Below are positions 49,349-58,550 of a stretch of DNA of 64,000 nt, piece by piece. Under the pieces are notes generated by a model. It searched no databases. It worked only from the letters and a program-made list of their open reading frames with translations, and was not told the DNA's origin. The stretch's first letter is position 1. The number at the start of each line of letters is the position of its first letter. The translations under genes were made by a program, and so were the position numbers. This DNA comes from a virus: the IMG/VR virus record IMGVR_UViG_3300012347_000211, positions 58,555 through 122,554 of that record. The stretch is one strand, 5' to 3'.

Positions 49349-51138
49349 TATAGACGCTCCGGCGTGATTGTGATGTAAATGTCTGACGCTTTGATTTTCA
49401 TAATCTTATTCTGTGTCGCCACAACATCCTTCTGCTCAGGTACGATGTAAAACTGAATTCCATCACCTGCATACTCGCTTACAGTCAAGCTAGGAATAAC
49501 AATCGTTCCTGTATTGTAATCGATCGTTCCCACATCTTCACGAATGATCGTGTGCGACGTTGGAGTCAATTTGACTAGTCGTAAAACACCCGAACCGTTA
49601 TCCTCGAAGCTGATACCATCGGTACCTTCGAATGTGAACGTGGAAGAAGTCACAGACTGCTCATCGACATACAAGTGAGTGGTGTTGCGCTCTGCCAAAC
49701 GTCTGACTGCATTCTTAAACGCGATCGTGATCTTGTTGTCTGCATTGACCGTTGGCACATATGTTATATATGGGCGAATAATCAGATCGTTACTGAGGAT
49801 TGAGTTGTCAGCCACATCGATTGCGGACGACAATTGACTTCCGCGCAAAGTGACAGCAAAGTCATCAAGGTATTGCGTTGAGTAGTTAATGATTGCAGAC
49901 TTCGCTACCAATTCGATGTCTTGTTGTGACAATGTAGTTGAGTTGACGTTATATCGAACGTTGCTTCTCACATCGACGTACATGAATTCAGGATCAATGA
50001 TCACAGGATCGATTGACAACGAGCAGCGGTCACGGAGATACTGCAAGTATTCGTTCTTCTTGTATTCAGGTACACCATCGGCGTCCTGGACGTCGACTGA
50101 GACAAGGACCTTGCCGAAACGTGGTGGCTCTGCATCTTCACCACCATACACGTTGACGGAAGTGATTTCTGGATATGTGTTAAACAACAAGGACTTGTAG
50201 TCGGCTGTAGTCACAGCACGTTCTTGTGTTTGGAAATACTTCGGAGCGTTGAATCGGATAGACTCAATACTTTCAGTTGTGATTCCTCCGGTGGCGGACT
50301 GCACGGTGTTAATGATGACATTGGAGTGTCCGTCGATCGTTGTATCAACAGAGAACACAGATGCGCCGTTTGGCAGTTCGCCTGCGCTTGTTCTATAGGT
50401 GGCTGTGATTACAGCACCGTTCTTTGGACGACGTCCCAGATCACCAGAAGAGAACACGATCTCGTACTTCTGAGATTCAGCGGCCTGCAAGAAGCACACT
50501 TGGCTTGTTGCAATAAGACCGAACAGTGAAGTACCCACTGTGTATTCTAGAGGATCGTTTGCATCATCTTCCAACACCGTAACGAACAAGCTGCTCGTAT
50601 CAATAGCAGGGTCGGTAAGAACAAAGCGCTGAGTAGTCTCAGAATAATCCATTACAAACACATCACTAGTGAACGGTCCCTCATAGATAGCGACGTTGGC
50701 TGCAACGAATGTGTTGTTGGTAGACGTCAGGATCCTGTTTTCTGGAAGCGTAAACGTGAACGTGTTTGCACCAACCTTGGATGTGAAGCTCAACCCCTTT
50801 GGCAGAATGACCGTGTTAGGAGAGTTGGTTGGTGTGATTTGAATGTCGATGTTTGCTCTAGATGAACGGAATGAGCGCGGAACGTAGTTCAGCGACTTCG
50901 CGTGCGAGACAACACTGTCACGCGACTGTGCCGTGTCCAAGAACATCTCGGTCGACATCATATTCATGTAGAATGAGTTGATGTACGTGTTGTATGCTAG
51001 TAGGTCGATGAGGACGCTGATGTTCGATCCGTCAAAGTCGACATCTTGGAAACGCGCCTGGGAGCGCATATACGTCTTGTAATTTTCTTTGAGTGTATCA
51101 AAGTCTAAGTCGATTAGACTTACGGCTGTGTTTGCCAT
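49348..51138 (-). CDS. gp6: Baseplate wedge subunit
   Basis: LDFDTLKEN...DFDGSNISVLIDLLAYNTY, RDSVVSHAKSLNYVPRS, ESIESIRFNAP...QERAVTTADY, VYGGED. Confidence 0.95.
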   Translation of the reverse strand: MANTAVSLIDLDFDTLKENYKTYMRSQARFQDVDFDGSNISVLIDLLAYNTYINSFYMNMMSTEMFLDTAQSRDSVVSHAKSLNYVPRSFRSSRANIDIQITPTNSPNTVILPKGLSFTSKVGANTFTFTLPENRILTSTNNTFVAANVAIYEGPFTSDVFVMDYSETTQRFVLTDPAIDTSSLFVTVLEDDANDPLEYTVGTSLFGLIATSQVCFLQAAESQKYEIVFSSGDLGRRPKNGAVITATYRTSAGELPNGASVFSVDTTIDGHSNVIINTVQSATGGITTESIESIRFNAPKYFQTQERAVTTADYKSLLFNTYPEITSVNVYGGEDAEPPRFGKVLVSVDVQDADGVPEYKKNEYLQYLRDRCSLSIDPVIIDPEFMYVDVRSNVRYNVNSTTLSQQDIELVAKSAIINYSTQYLDDFAVTLRGSQLSSAIDVADNSILSNDLIIRPYITYVPTVNADNKITIAFKNAVRRLAERNTTHLYVDEQSVTSSTFTFEGTDGISFEDNGSGVLRLVKLTPTSHTIIREDVGTIDYNTGTIVIPSLTVSEYAGDGIQFYIVPEQKDVVATQNKIMKIKASDIYITITPERL

Positions 51139-51564
51139 TTATCGGATCCTATCTAAAAACATGGTCATCGTTACTGGAGTCACGCTATTTATCAGCGTGT
51201 AAGTCAGCTTGATGTTGTACGTCTGCAATTCAATGTCTGGCTCTACCACGACACTGACTAGTTGAATTCTTTTCTCGTGATTCCTGATCGTATCTTCGAT
51301 TGCTGTCTGAATCATAATAGCCGTCATCGCTGAAGGATTTTCAAACAGGGCGTATCTGACATTCGATCCGATAGACGGCTGGAATGGACGCTCGTACATA
51401 TCAGTCAACAAGAGATTTTTGATAGCGGCAGTGATTGCTTGCTCGTTACGGACACGAATCACATCACGTGTGTTTGGATGAATGTCCAAATTAGAGCTGA
51501 AGTCGCTAAAGAGATCGTTTGGCTTTGAAACGACCTGATATTTTTCGGCATTGAATGTTGCCAT
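51139..51564 (-). CDS. gp25: Baseplate wedge subunit
   Basis: AIKNLLLT...ERPFQPSIGSNV...LFE...IRNHEKRI; precedes gp6. Confidence 0.92.
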   Translation of the reverse strand: MATFNAEKYQVVSKPNDLFSDFSSNLDIHPNTRDVIRVRNEQAITAAIKNLLLTDMYERPFQPSIGSNVRYALFENPSAMTAIMIQTAIEDTIRNHEKRIQLVSVVVEPDIELQTYNIKLTYTLINSVTPVTMTMFLDRIR

Positions 51565-51565
51565 G

Positions 51566-51856
51566 TTAATCTCCTACGTATACGTTACCTGACCCAGCTT
51601 CAGATTTTGGGTTACAGTGTGGTCCGCCCGGAATCGGACATAGCGAGTCAGGGGCGGCGTTGTCACCGACATTGACAACCTTTTTGCCACCGATGTATAC
51701 ATTCTTGGTGGCAGCGATTAAATTACCACCGCCCTCAGAGTTGGGGTCGCCATCTACTGACCACAATAGGCCATTGACGAATACATTTTTAGCTTGTGCA
51801 GAAATTGTGGTAGCTCCACAATTCCTTGCGTCGGTGTCTCTGTGTGCGGCTGGCAT
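51566..51856 (-). CDS. PAAR-family spike tip protein
   Basis: MPAAHRDTD...CGA, NVFVNG, NVYIGG, HC.P...GSGNVYVGD; directly after gp5 (T4 gp5.4 equivalent). Confidence 0.88.
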   Translation of the reverse strand: MPAAHRDTDARNCGATTISAQAKNVFVNGLLWSVDGDPNSEGGGNLIAATKNVYIGGKKVVNVGDNAAPDSLCPIPGGPHCNPKSEAGSGNVYVGD

Positions 51857-52575
51857 TATGGGTTCAGGTCTATCTTCGGAGCTTTGAGTGTCATGTTACC
51901 CTTAGACTCAAGGGTGTATGTGCCGTCAACCACCATATTCACATTGCCCTTAACATGGACATTCACGTTCCCTTGGATGTATACATCTTCGTTTCCAGCG
52001 ACGATGTGATAATTGTCGTTCGCGACTTTATCAACTTTGCGGCCATTGGGCGCAACTTCCGTGTAGGTTCCGGCTTTATGGTATATATGGATGCGCTCGG
52101 CACCTGGCGTGTCGTCGACCTCAATTATGTGCCCACCTTCAGTCTTAACGACCTTGTTGTATGGATACTTTGCTCCAAAAGCCGATGCTGGTTCGGGACC
52201 GATTGTGGTTTTAGCGATGCTGCTTGTTCCGCGGGCCTCACTTGGAACGTCGTGGCCGCTTTTAGGGATACCAGCAAGTGTTCCAAGAACAATCGGCATT
52301 TGCGATTCACCGGCATCGGCAAAGAATCCAAATACTGTCGTTCCTACCACCATACCTGTAGGAGATCTTCCAATCTCGGACATGCCAGCACTCGTTGGAG
52401 GCATAATAACGGTGGCCCAATGCAGGTCACCGGTACCGACTAATGCTTTTTGTTGGGGGTGGGTGTTGTAGATACGAACTCTTACGCGCCCAAGCATCTT
52501 GTCGTCATCTCTGTCCTCTACTACACCAAAGAACCATCTGAATCCATCAGCGCCAGCTTTTGTTGCAATTCCCAT
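51856..52575 (-). CDS. gp5: Baseplate central spike, short form (OB-fold + beta-helix, no lysozyme domain)
   Basis: WFFGVVEDRDD..LGRVRVRI, YPYNKV..TEGGHIIEVDDTPGAERIHIYH..GT, then VxGNxxxxVxG repeats. Start placed at ATG 52575 to avoid overlap with the upstream gene. Confidence 0.9.
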   Translation of the reverse strand: MGIATKAGADGFRWFFGVVEDRDDDKMLGRVRVRIYNTHPQQKALVGTGDLHWATVIMPPTSAGMSEIGRSPTGMVVGTTVFGFFADAGESQMPIVLGTLAGIPKSGHDVPSEARGTSSIAKTTIGPEPASAFGAKYPYNKVVKTEGGHIIEVDDTPGAERIHIYHKAGTYTEVAPNGRKVDKVANDNYHIVAGNEDVYIQGNVNVHVKGNVNMVVDGTYTLESKGNMTLKAPKIDLNP

Positions 52576-52576
52576 A

Positions 52577-53830
52577 TTATAATCTTCCCTTAATGCTCTT
52601 GTTGCCGCCCTTTGCGAGCTCACATGCCACTCTCATCACAGGCTCACCTTGAATCGTGATGTGATATGCAAGTTTGGTGATCATGTAGTAGCCAGTTTGT
52701 TTGGTGTCGGTCTCTACTTCACCGGTTGTTCCTGTTGGCTTTTGAATATTGAGATACAATACCTTGCCTGCTTCCAGGTTGGTGTCTGCGTGGAATGTTA
52801 CTTCCACAAGGTTCTGAAACAGCAATGTGGAATAAGCCAACTTCTGTCCCAAGTAATCTATATGAGATTCTGGGCGCGTCGAATCTTGTAGCGCGAAGAA
52901 GTTTAGCGATCCGCCCTTTGATTGGTTGGCGATGAATGCTGATGTATTAAACGCACCATCAGTCACCTTATCGATTCGACTCTTAAGTCCGTTCATATTG
53001 ACGTTGACTTCACTGAACGACTTGGTAATTAAATCAAACTTCTGCATCTTGTTGAAAAATGCACCATTCTCAAGCTTCGTCGCTGAGTCATGGTTTGTAG
53101 TAACGGTATATGAAATCAACGACCCCCACGCATCACCCTGATCAACAGAAGCGTCTGGCATCTGATTGTTGCGGTACGTCTTTGTGATCTCATCCACGTT
53201 GCCCTTCTTCGCTTCCATGAATCTGGTTGCGATATCTACAAAGTAGAATCCCCTCGACGTCTCATAGAAGAAGAATGGCGAGAATGGATATTCGTTGGAC
53301 ACAGCCTTCTGGCGCACAAAGTCGATTGCACGCAAAGGATTGAGGTTAGGGATGATTGTTTGATGCACACCCTTGGATCCGGTGTACACTAGCTTCTTAG
53401 GCGATTTCAAGAAACTGGTCACCATATCCTTCACAACAGCATCGTATGTTGCCATGTAACCTTTTTGCACTGAGATGCTGTAGTTTGTGAACATCTCCAT
53501 GCTGATACCTTGGAGCGTATATGTTGAGCTTCTGTTCTGATCGCTCATTGCACCATCGCCCATACCGTGCAGGAAGAACTTATACTTCACCTTGCTGGCG
53601 TTTGGTGCCTGGATAGTAACGTCGAGAACTTCTTCACCGATGAATGGCATATCATGCGACAACGCCAACGCATCATGGATAACAACTGCACACGTAACAA
53701 GCGGCGATGATATATCTTCGAAAATGGACAGAGACATGATCTGATCCTTGATAGGAATCGACACTGTCCCAGAGATGTTGGTGAGTACCACATCAAATGC
53801 TACTAGCGTATCTAACGACTGCTTGCTCAT
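52577..53830 (-). CDS. Baseplate hub protein (gp27-like)
   Basis: LSIFEDI...PFIGEE, IPNLNPLRAI, FFFYET..GFYF, TGYYMITKLAYHI; lies between gp53 and gp5. Confidence 0.72.
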   Translation of the reverse strand: MSKQSLDTLVAFDVVLTNISGTVSIPIKDQIMSLSIFEDISSPLVTCAVVIHDALALSHDMPFIGEEVLDVTIQAPNASKVKYKFFLHGMGDGAMSDQNRSSTYTLQGISMEMFTNYSISVQKGYMATYDAVVKDMVTSFLKSPKKLVYTGSKGVHQTIIPNLNPLRAIDFVRQKAVSNEYPFSPFFFYETSRGFYFVDIATRFMEAKKGNVDEITKTYRNNQMPDASVDQGDAWGSLISYTVTTNHDSATKLENGAFFNKMQKFDLITKSFSEVNVNMNGLKSRIDKVTDGAFNTSAFIANQSKGGSLNFFALQDSTRPESHIDYLGQKLAYSTLLFQNLVEVTFHADTNLEAGKVLYLNIQKPTGTTGEVETDTKQTGYYMITKLAYHITIQGEPVMRVACELAKGGNKSIKGRL

Positions 53831-53831
53831 A

Positions 53832-54686
53832 TTATTGTTCGGCGCCTAGTTTTTGCTCGAGATCTTCTTGAACGAATCGCGCATACATCTTATCAACCAG
53901 TCTGATACTCTTTAGGTTGTCGTTGGCTTCGAGTTCAGAGTCATATGCTTCCACGCCAACCCAATACGTCAGTTCTTCTTCTGGAATACAGCGTGTAACG
54001 ATGTCGTATGACGTGACGGTGGACGTCACTTCTGTATCAGGGCATGCTACAGTACCACCAACAACAAACGCGCCTGTGATAGACCTAACTTTGAGATGGT
54101 CTGCACCGACCATAGCAATCGTGCCACTAGCGACCAATTCGACGCCATCGTACTGATTGATGTAGTCGCCTCTAGCGAATCCTGTAGTAGATGCCACGCC
54201 AACCTTCGATACTAAATTTGTGTTGGATGTCCAATCAAGCTCTTTGCGCACATACAACGAGTCGGAGTATGCGTCTTTAGGACGCCAGTATTTGCGCTGC
54301 CCGGCGGATAGTGATTGGTACACTTGTGATGTAATAGTACGACCATCAGACTCCCAATTGACTTTGTAGTGATCAATCGTCTCCATTGCCTTCGAGATCG
54401 ATCCATACTTTTCTGTGATGTATGTGTCGAACTGTCGTGACGGCAGATACCAACCGTAGTAAGGATCTTGGATATTGTTAGCGAAGTAGATCAACCAATC
54501 GTAGTACGGAGTCTTGTAGTAGTCATAAGAGATCGTATCTGGACGCTGCCCTTCAGTTACATCAAAGTCATAATACAGCTGCGCTGAGCGTAACGCATCT
54601 TGTGTCAGATGCACGGACCTGATGATATCACGGCATACCATGCCGTTTTGATATACGAGAGGAAACGATGTGAAGAATTTAGCCAT
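53832..54686 (-). CDS. gp53: Baseplate wedge component
   Basis: FFTSFPLVY, V.EGQRPDTISYDYY...YDWLIYFANNIQDPYYGWYL, YDSELEAND..KSIRL. Confidence 0.88.
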   Translation of the reverse strand: MAKFFTSFPLVYQNGMVCRDIIRSVHLTQDALRSAQLYYDFDVTEGQRPDTISYDYYKTPYYDWLIYFANNIQDPYYGWYLPSRQFDTYITEKYGSISKAMETIDHYKVNWESDGRTITSQVYQSLSAGQRKYWRPKDAYSDSLYVRKELDWTSNTNLVSKVGVASTTGFARGDYINQYDGVELVASGTIAMVGADHLKVRSITGAFVVGGTVACPDTEVTSTVTSYDIVTRCIPEEELTYWVGVEAYDSELEANDNLKSIRLVDKMYARFVQEDLEQKLGAEQ

Positions 54687-54692
54687 ATGTTA

Positions 54693-55709
54693 TCAGATGC
54701 TTTCCGAGTAATTCGATGGGCGCTCTGGAAGAGGAACAACCTCAAAGTCTTCGCGAGTGAAGATCTTGGTTTCTTGTAATGTGACCGAGAAATCCATTTC
54801 AGTAGGAGTCTGGCTACCTCTGAAGAATGAAGGAACGCCATTAGGCGCATAGTTGACCTTCATGTCGGTCACTACGCATGTCTTAAACTTAATCATTTCA
54901 TTTAGGATCGACGGACCCAATTGAATATCACAAAGGTCTGGAAACGTCAGAGCGAATTCTTGTTTTCCTGGAAGCATGCGTTGTTTGAATGCGTTGATAA
55001 TCTTAATCAACGTCACAGAGTCTGTGTATGTTTCTGGAGCGAATTTCCACGAGAATGTCAGAGTACGTAGAGCAGGGCTTTGGTATGCTACGGCCAAATG
55101 TGGGTTTGGTGTAGTACCGGCCATCATGTCAAACCCTGCACCGACGGTTTCGCCAAGGCCACGGAGAGCTGTACTGGCAGTTGATCTTGCCAATGATCCG
55201 TCCTGGATACCGCGCTTCACGCGATCGCTGAAGTTGCCGCCAGTTGCAGCAGCGACGTCTTTGAATCCTCCGCCTGCTTGGTATGAATTGATACCCTCAT
55301 TCAACGAAGTCATTAGCAAGTTGCCCAATTCACCCATTGCCAAGCGGTTGTTGTATACCGATTGGAACCCTTCAGCGAGTCCTGCTGGCATGGGCAACAT
55401 AATGATTTGTTCATGTGAAAGTTGAACATCCTTCAACGCACTTTCGCGGTCGTACGGTGCAAACTTAAAACAGATGTAGTAGATCTGCTCTTCGGCAGGA
55501 TACTGCAATCCCGGCTTCATTCCGAGAGTCTTGGATGTGGGCGGCTTTGTTGATGCAGCAGCCGTAGGTTTTGCTGCCACTGTTGGTTTAGCGTACATCT
55601 GCCTCGCTTGGGCAGCGGTTGGGCCACCCTGGCCGCCTCGGCCGCCACCGACTGGCGACGGGTCGGGACTGCCTCCAGTGTAACTGCCCATTGCGTCGTA
55701 TTCTGCCAT
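54693..55709 (-). CDS. gp48: Baseplate tail-tube cap
   Basis: IMLPMP, NPHLAVAYQSPALRTLTFSWKFAP...I..FKQRMLP, FKTCVVTDMKVNY.P.G, LQETKIFTREDF. Confidence 0.85.
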   Translation of the reverse strand: MAEYDAMGSYTGGSPDPSPVGGGRGGQGGPTAAQARQMYAKPTVAAKPTAAASTKPPTSKTLGMKPGLQYPAEEQIYYICFKFAPYDRESALKDVQLSHEQIIMLPMPAGLAEGFQSVYNNRLAMGELGNLLMTSLNEGINSYQAGGGFKDVAAATGGNFSDRVKRGIQDGSLARSTASTALRGLGETVGAGFDMMAGTTPNPHLAVAYQSPALRTLTFSWKFAPETYTDSVTLIKIINAFKQRMLPGKQEFALTFPDLCDIQLGPSILNEMIKFKTCVVTDMKVNYAPNGVPSFFRGSQTPTEMDFSVTLQETKIFTREDFEVVPLPERPSNYSESI

Positions 55710-55716
55710 CTAAATA
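55709..55716 (+). promoter_or_regulatory. Probable late promoter variant TCTAAATA, 6 nt before the gp4 ATG (leaderless transcript)
   Basis: tctaaata-tatcct-atg; no room for a Shine-Dalgarno in the 13-bp divergent gap. Confidence 0.55.
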
Positions 55717-55722
55717 TATCCT

Positions 55723-56163
55723 ATGAGTTTAAAAGGTTACTTCCGCCCACGAAATCCGTCTAAGTACAAAGGCGATCCTAAGAATATTGTCTATCGCAGT
55801 TCTTGGGAGTTAAAGCTAATGGGCTATTTAGACAGCCACCCTGACGTATTGGAATGGTCAAGTGAAGAGATCATTGTTCCATACAGATCGCCTTTAGACC
55901 GCAAAATACACCGATACTTCCCGGATTTCTGGGTAAAGAGGCGTAGCGCTACTGATGGTTCTGTAGAGGTGATTGTAATAGAGGTGAAGCCACTCAAAGA
56001 AACCATGGAGCCCAAACCACAGACAAAGATGACCAAACGATATCTACGAGAGGTCGCCACGTGGGGTGTAAATCAAGCAAAATGGAAAGCAGCAGAAGAA
56101 TTCTGCAAAGATAGGAACTGGAAGTTCATCAAAATGACAGAGCAACAATTGGGAATTAAATAA
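55723..56163 (+). CDS. gp4: Head completion nuclease
   Basis: KGYFRPRNPSKYKGDP.NIVYRSSWE, WSSEEIIVPY, HRYFPDF, IEVKP, NQAKWKAA. Confidence 0.93.
   Translation: MSLKGYFRPRNPSKYKGDPKNIVYRSSWELKLMGYLDSHPDVLEWSSEEIIVPYRSPLDRKIHRYFPDFWVKRRSATDGSVEVIVIEVKPLKETMEPKPQTKMTKRYLREVATWGVNQAKWKAAEEFCKDRNWKFIKMTEQQLGIK
55825..55832 (-). promoter_or_regulatory. Probable late promoter variant TCTAAATA within gp4, driving the gp48 baseplate operon
   Basis: tatttaga on + strand, ~115 nt upstream of the gp48 ATG. Confidence 0.5.
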
Positions 56164-56765
56164 TGGCTGATATTTTTCAACGCACACTGAAAAAGGCAAT
56201 CGATACGCGCAATGTGGCCGGAAAGGCCGTAGATGCCACCAACTGGCTGCGCCAAACTGCATCCAAAGCGGCCAGCCGCCACGTTAGCCCAACCCGCATC
56301 ATGTCTCAAAAACAAATGATGACACGCGCTAGAGGTGGCATCACCATCGGTCAGATGTATCTGTTTGCTTATGATCCGAAGCACAAAAAGACGTTACCGT
56401 ACTACGATAGATTTCCGTTGATCTTCCCATTCGATTATGCAGACGGCGGGTTCTACGGGATCAACCTCCACTACCTATCACCACAACACAGAGCGCAGTT
56501 GATGGATGCCTTATACGGGCTTATCAACAACCTAGACCAGGATGAAACCACACAGCTCCGTCTGTCCTATCAGATTCTCAAGAGATCATCCAAGTTCAAA
56601 TACTTTGCACCGTGCGTGAAACACTATCTAAATAGCCACGTGCAGTCTCCTTTCTACTATATCAACCCTGACGAATGGGACGCAGCTCTATTCCTGCCGC
56701 TACAACGATTCGAAAAAGCAAGCAGCAGCAAAGTCTATGTCGACTCAATAAACAAGGTAAGATAA
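56163..56765 (+). CDS. gp2: DNA end protector protein
   Basis: GQMYLFAYDPKHKKTLPYYDRFPLIFP, GFYGINLHYL, PCVKHYL, EWDAALFLP..RFEK. Confidence 0.94.
   Translation: MADIFQRTLKKAIDTRNVAGKAVDATNWLRQTASKAASRHVSPTRIMSQKQMMTRARGGITIGQMYLFAYDPKHKKTLPYYDRFPLIFPFDYADGGFYGINLHYLSPQHRAQLMDALYGLINNLDQDETTQLRLSYQILKRSSKFKYFAPCVKHYLNSHVQSPFYYINPDEWDAALFLPLQRFEKASSSKVYVDSINKVR
56627..56634 (+). promoter_or_regulatory. Probable intragenic late promoter variant TCTAAATA upstream of gp54
   Basis: tctaaata near the 3' end of gp2, ~135 nt before ATG 56770. Confidence 0.45.
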
Positions 56766-56769
56766 CAAA

Positions 56770-57651
56770 ATGGCAACAAGAGGTGTAAGCGCTATTGGCG
56801 CAGTAACTACTGGCGTAGGCGTAGTTGGTACCGCACTCGGTCTGTTTGGAAACAAGTTCGACAGGAAAGGCGAATACGCTTCGCTGTCTAAAAGTGTAGC
56901 TGCTGAGATTACAAAAAGAGGCGTGCAGCAATCGAATCTTGGTATTGCTATGATCAGCATGCCAAAGATCATGCAGAAGCGCTACAACTTGCGCCAGACT
57001 GTTATGAGCGTAATGAACTACGTCGAGGCGTTCAACGTTCCTGGGCGTGCATTGCAAACGTCCGAACACCGCCGTCAAGGTGTAGGTCCAATGTACAGGA
57101 TGCCTGTAGGATCAACAACACAGAACACCACAACACTCACGCTGATCAGCGACGGCGAGGGAAAGTTCTATAAATTCTTCTACCTGTGGATGGCTAGCAT
57201 TGTGCGCACCGAGGGGATGAAGAAGTCCTGGGACACCCCAGACAGCCACGGAACGCTTCCATACGAAGTATCATATTTCAATGAATATGCCTCGACTGTT
57301 AAGTTCATCGAAGCAAACACACGTATGGACATTATTACTGAAACGGAATTGCTCGGTGCGTATCCTGTTTCAATTTCCGAAAAACAAATGAATTGGAACA
57401 ACACTGGTCTGATGCAATTCACTGTTGAGATGGCTTACCGTCATGTGAATGTGGTCGACTTGGAAGAGAAGGTGTTGACATTCAAGAACACAGCTACACC
57501 AATTAAAACAGGTCTCGTGGCTACACTAATTAAAGCTGGCAATGCTGTACAGCTCCTCCGCTCGATCAAGAGTTCTGGTGGTAGTACCGTGACAGGCATC
57601 GCAGCTGCGGGCGCATCAGCGCTCAGCTCTTTGGGCGGCATTAGTCGTTAA
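56770..57651 (+). CDS. gp54: Baseplate tail-tube initiator (gp54/gp19 tube fold)
   Basis: VEAFNVPGRAL, FFYLWM..I, Y..EY...V, LLGAYPVSISE..MNW...LMQFTVEMAY; lies between gp2 and gp26. Confidence 0.72.
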   Translation: MATRGVSAIGAVTTGVGVVGTALGLFGNKFDRKGEYASLSKSVAAEITKRGVQQSNLGIAMISMPKIMQKRYNLRQTVMSVMNYVEAFNVPGRALQTSEHRRQGVGPMYRMPVGSTTQNTTTLTLISDGEGKFYKFFYLWMASIVRTEGMKKSWDTPDSHGTLPYEVSYFNEYASTVKFIEANTRMDIITETELLGAYPVSISEKQMNWNNTGLMQFTVEMAYRHVNVVDLEEKVLTFKNTATPIKTGLVATLIKAGNAVQLLRSIKSSGGSTVTGIAAAGASALSSLGGISR

Positions 57652-57677
57652 TTTTTTTATTTTAAACTGAGGTTATT

Positions 57678-58385
57678 ATGGGCTTACCAAAAATTTCACA
57701 TCCAACATTCAATGTTGTGATTCCTTCTACAAAAGCAAAGGTCCGCATGAGACCTTTTTTGGTACGTGAAGAAAAGATTCTATTGCTTGCACAAACATCT
57801 GAAGATCCAACTGATATCTCAGAAGCAATCAAGCAAGTAATTAACAACTGTGCGATCGATACAGTCGACGTCGATCAGTTTACTACATTCGATTTGGAAT
57901 ACACGTTCTTGAAACTACGTGCGCGTTCTGTTGGTAACATCATCGAATTGAAGTACACAGATCCGATCGATGAGAATGTATACGACATCGCAGTGAACTT
58001 GGATGACGTCGAGATTATCAACGACCCTGCTCACACCACTAAGGTCGAATTCACAAAGACGTCTGGTCTGATGTTGCGATATCCAAAAGCAGACATGGCT
58101 GGCGATCTGAAGAACATTCAGACTGAGGTCGACTTGCTGTTCAGCATCGTGAAGTATTGCATCGAAAAGGTATACGACGAAGAGGACGTATACAACATCT
58201 CTGACTTCAGTGAAGAAGAAGTTGATGATTTCGTCAACGAACTCACAGTGGACACATTCCAGAAGATTCAAAAGTTTTTCGAAACGATGCCCCGTCTCCA
58301 CTACGAAGCAAAGTATAAGACAAAGAGCGGCGAAGAACGATCCGTAGTACTCAAGACGCTAACTGATTTTTTTACATTGCGCTGA
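57678..58385 (+). CDS. gp26: Baseplate hub assembly chaperone
   Basis: LPKI..P, MRPFLVREEKILLLA, FDLEYTFLKLRARSVGN, LRYP, IQKFFETMPRL, ends L.DFF. Confidence 0.92.
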   Translation: MGLPKISHPTFNVVIPSTKAKVRMRPFLVREEKILLLAQTSEDPTDISEAIKQVINNCAIDTVDVDQFTTFDLEYTFLKLRARSVGNIIELKYTDPIDENVYDIAVNLDDVEIINDPAHTTKVEFTKTSGLMLRYPKADMAGDLKNIQTEVDLLFSIVKYCIEKVYDEEDVYNISDFSEEEVDDFVNELTVDTFQKIQKFFETMPRLHYEAKYKTKSGEERSVVLKTLTDFFTLR

Positions 58386-58549
58386 GCCACAACAACATAT
58401 CGAACTACTATTACTTGATATTCAACTTGGCTCAGCACCATAAGTACTCAATACAAGAAATTGAAGACCTAATACCATTTGAACGTGACATTTATGTTGA
58501 TATCTTAAAAGATTTCTTAGAAAAAGAAACAGAGAAAGCAAAGAAGTAA
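58373..58549 (+). CDS. gp51: gp51-like hub assembly catalyst segment with no ATG, probably reached by a -1 frameshift from gp26
   Basis: Not in the ORF track. The -1 frame reads YIALSHNNISNYYYLIFNLAQHHKYSIQEIEDLIPFERDIYVDILKDFLEKETEKAKK*, containing the QHHKYS..EIE..IP.ER.IY signature of short gp51 homologues. Confidence 0.82.
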   Translation, partial: YIALSHNNISNYYYLIFNLAQHHKYSIQEIEDLIPFERDIYVDILKDFLEKETEKAKK

Positions 58550-58550
58550 A

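Noticed and set aside
51181-51199. 6-bp inverted repeat around GATAAATA at the end of gp25
   Set aside because: It is short, inside coding sequence and ~45 nt from the gp6 start, so it is plausibly chance; the promoter variant alone may be real but is weakly supported.
52576-52623. Longer gp5 start given in the ORF track (likewise gp32 at 61728 and the hydrolase at 63512)
   Set aside because: The gp5 extension overlaps the upstream gene. For gp32 and the hydrolase, a GGAGA Shine-Dalgarno lies inside the extension and favours the downstream ATG.
361-55425. Many long plus-strand ORFs (e.g. 1159-1812, 6001-6855, 22488-23279, 30924-31610, 41117-41866)
   Set aside because: They are antisense shadows of clear minus-strand structural genes, with no motifs or Shine-Dalgarno sites; biased codon usage explains the scarcity of stops.
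55723-56163. gp4 as a TnsA-like transposase or homing endonuclease
   Set aside because: The nuclease fold is shared, but sequence and gp4-gp2 synteny match the T4 head completion protein, and no element ends are visible.
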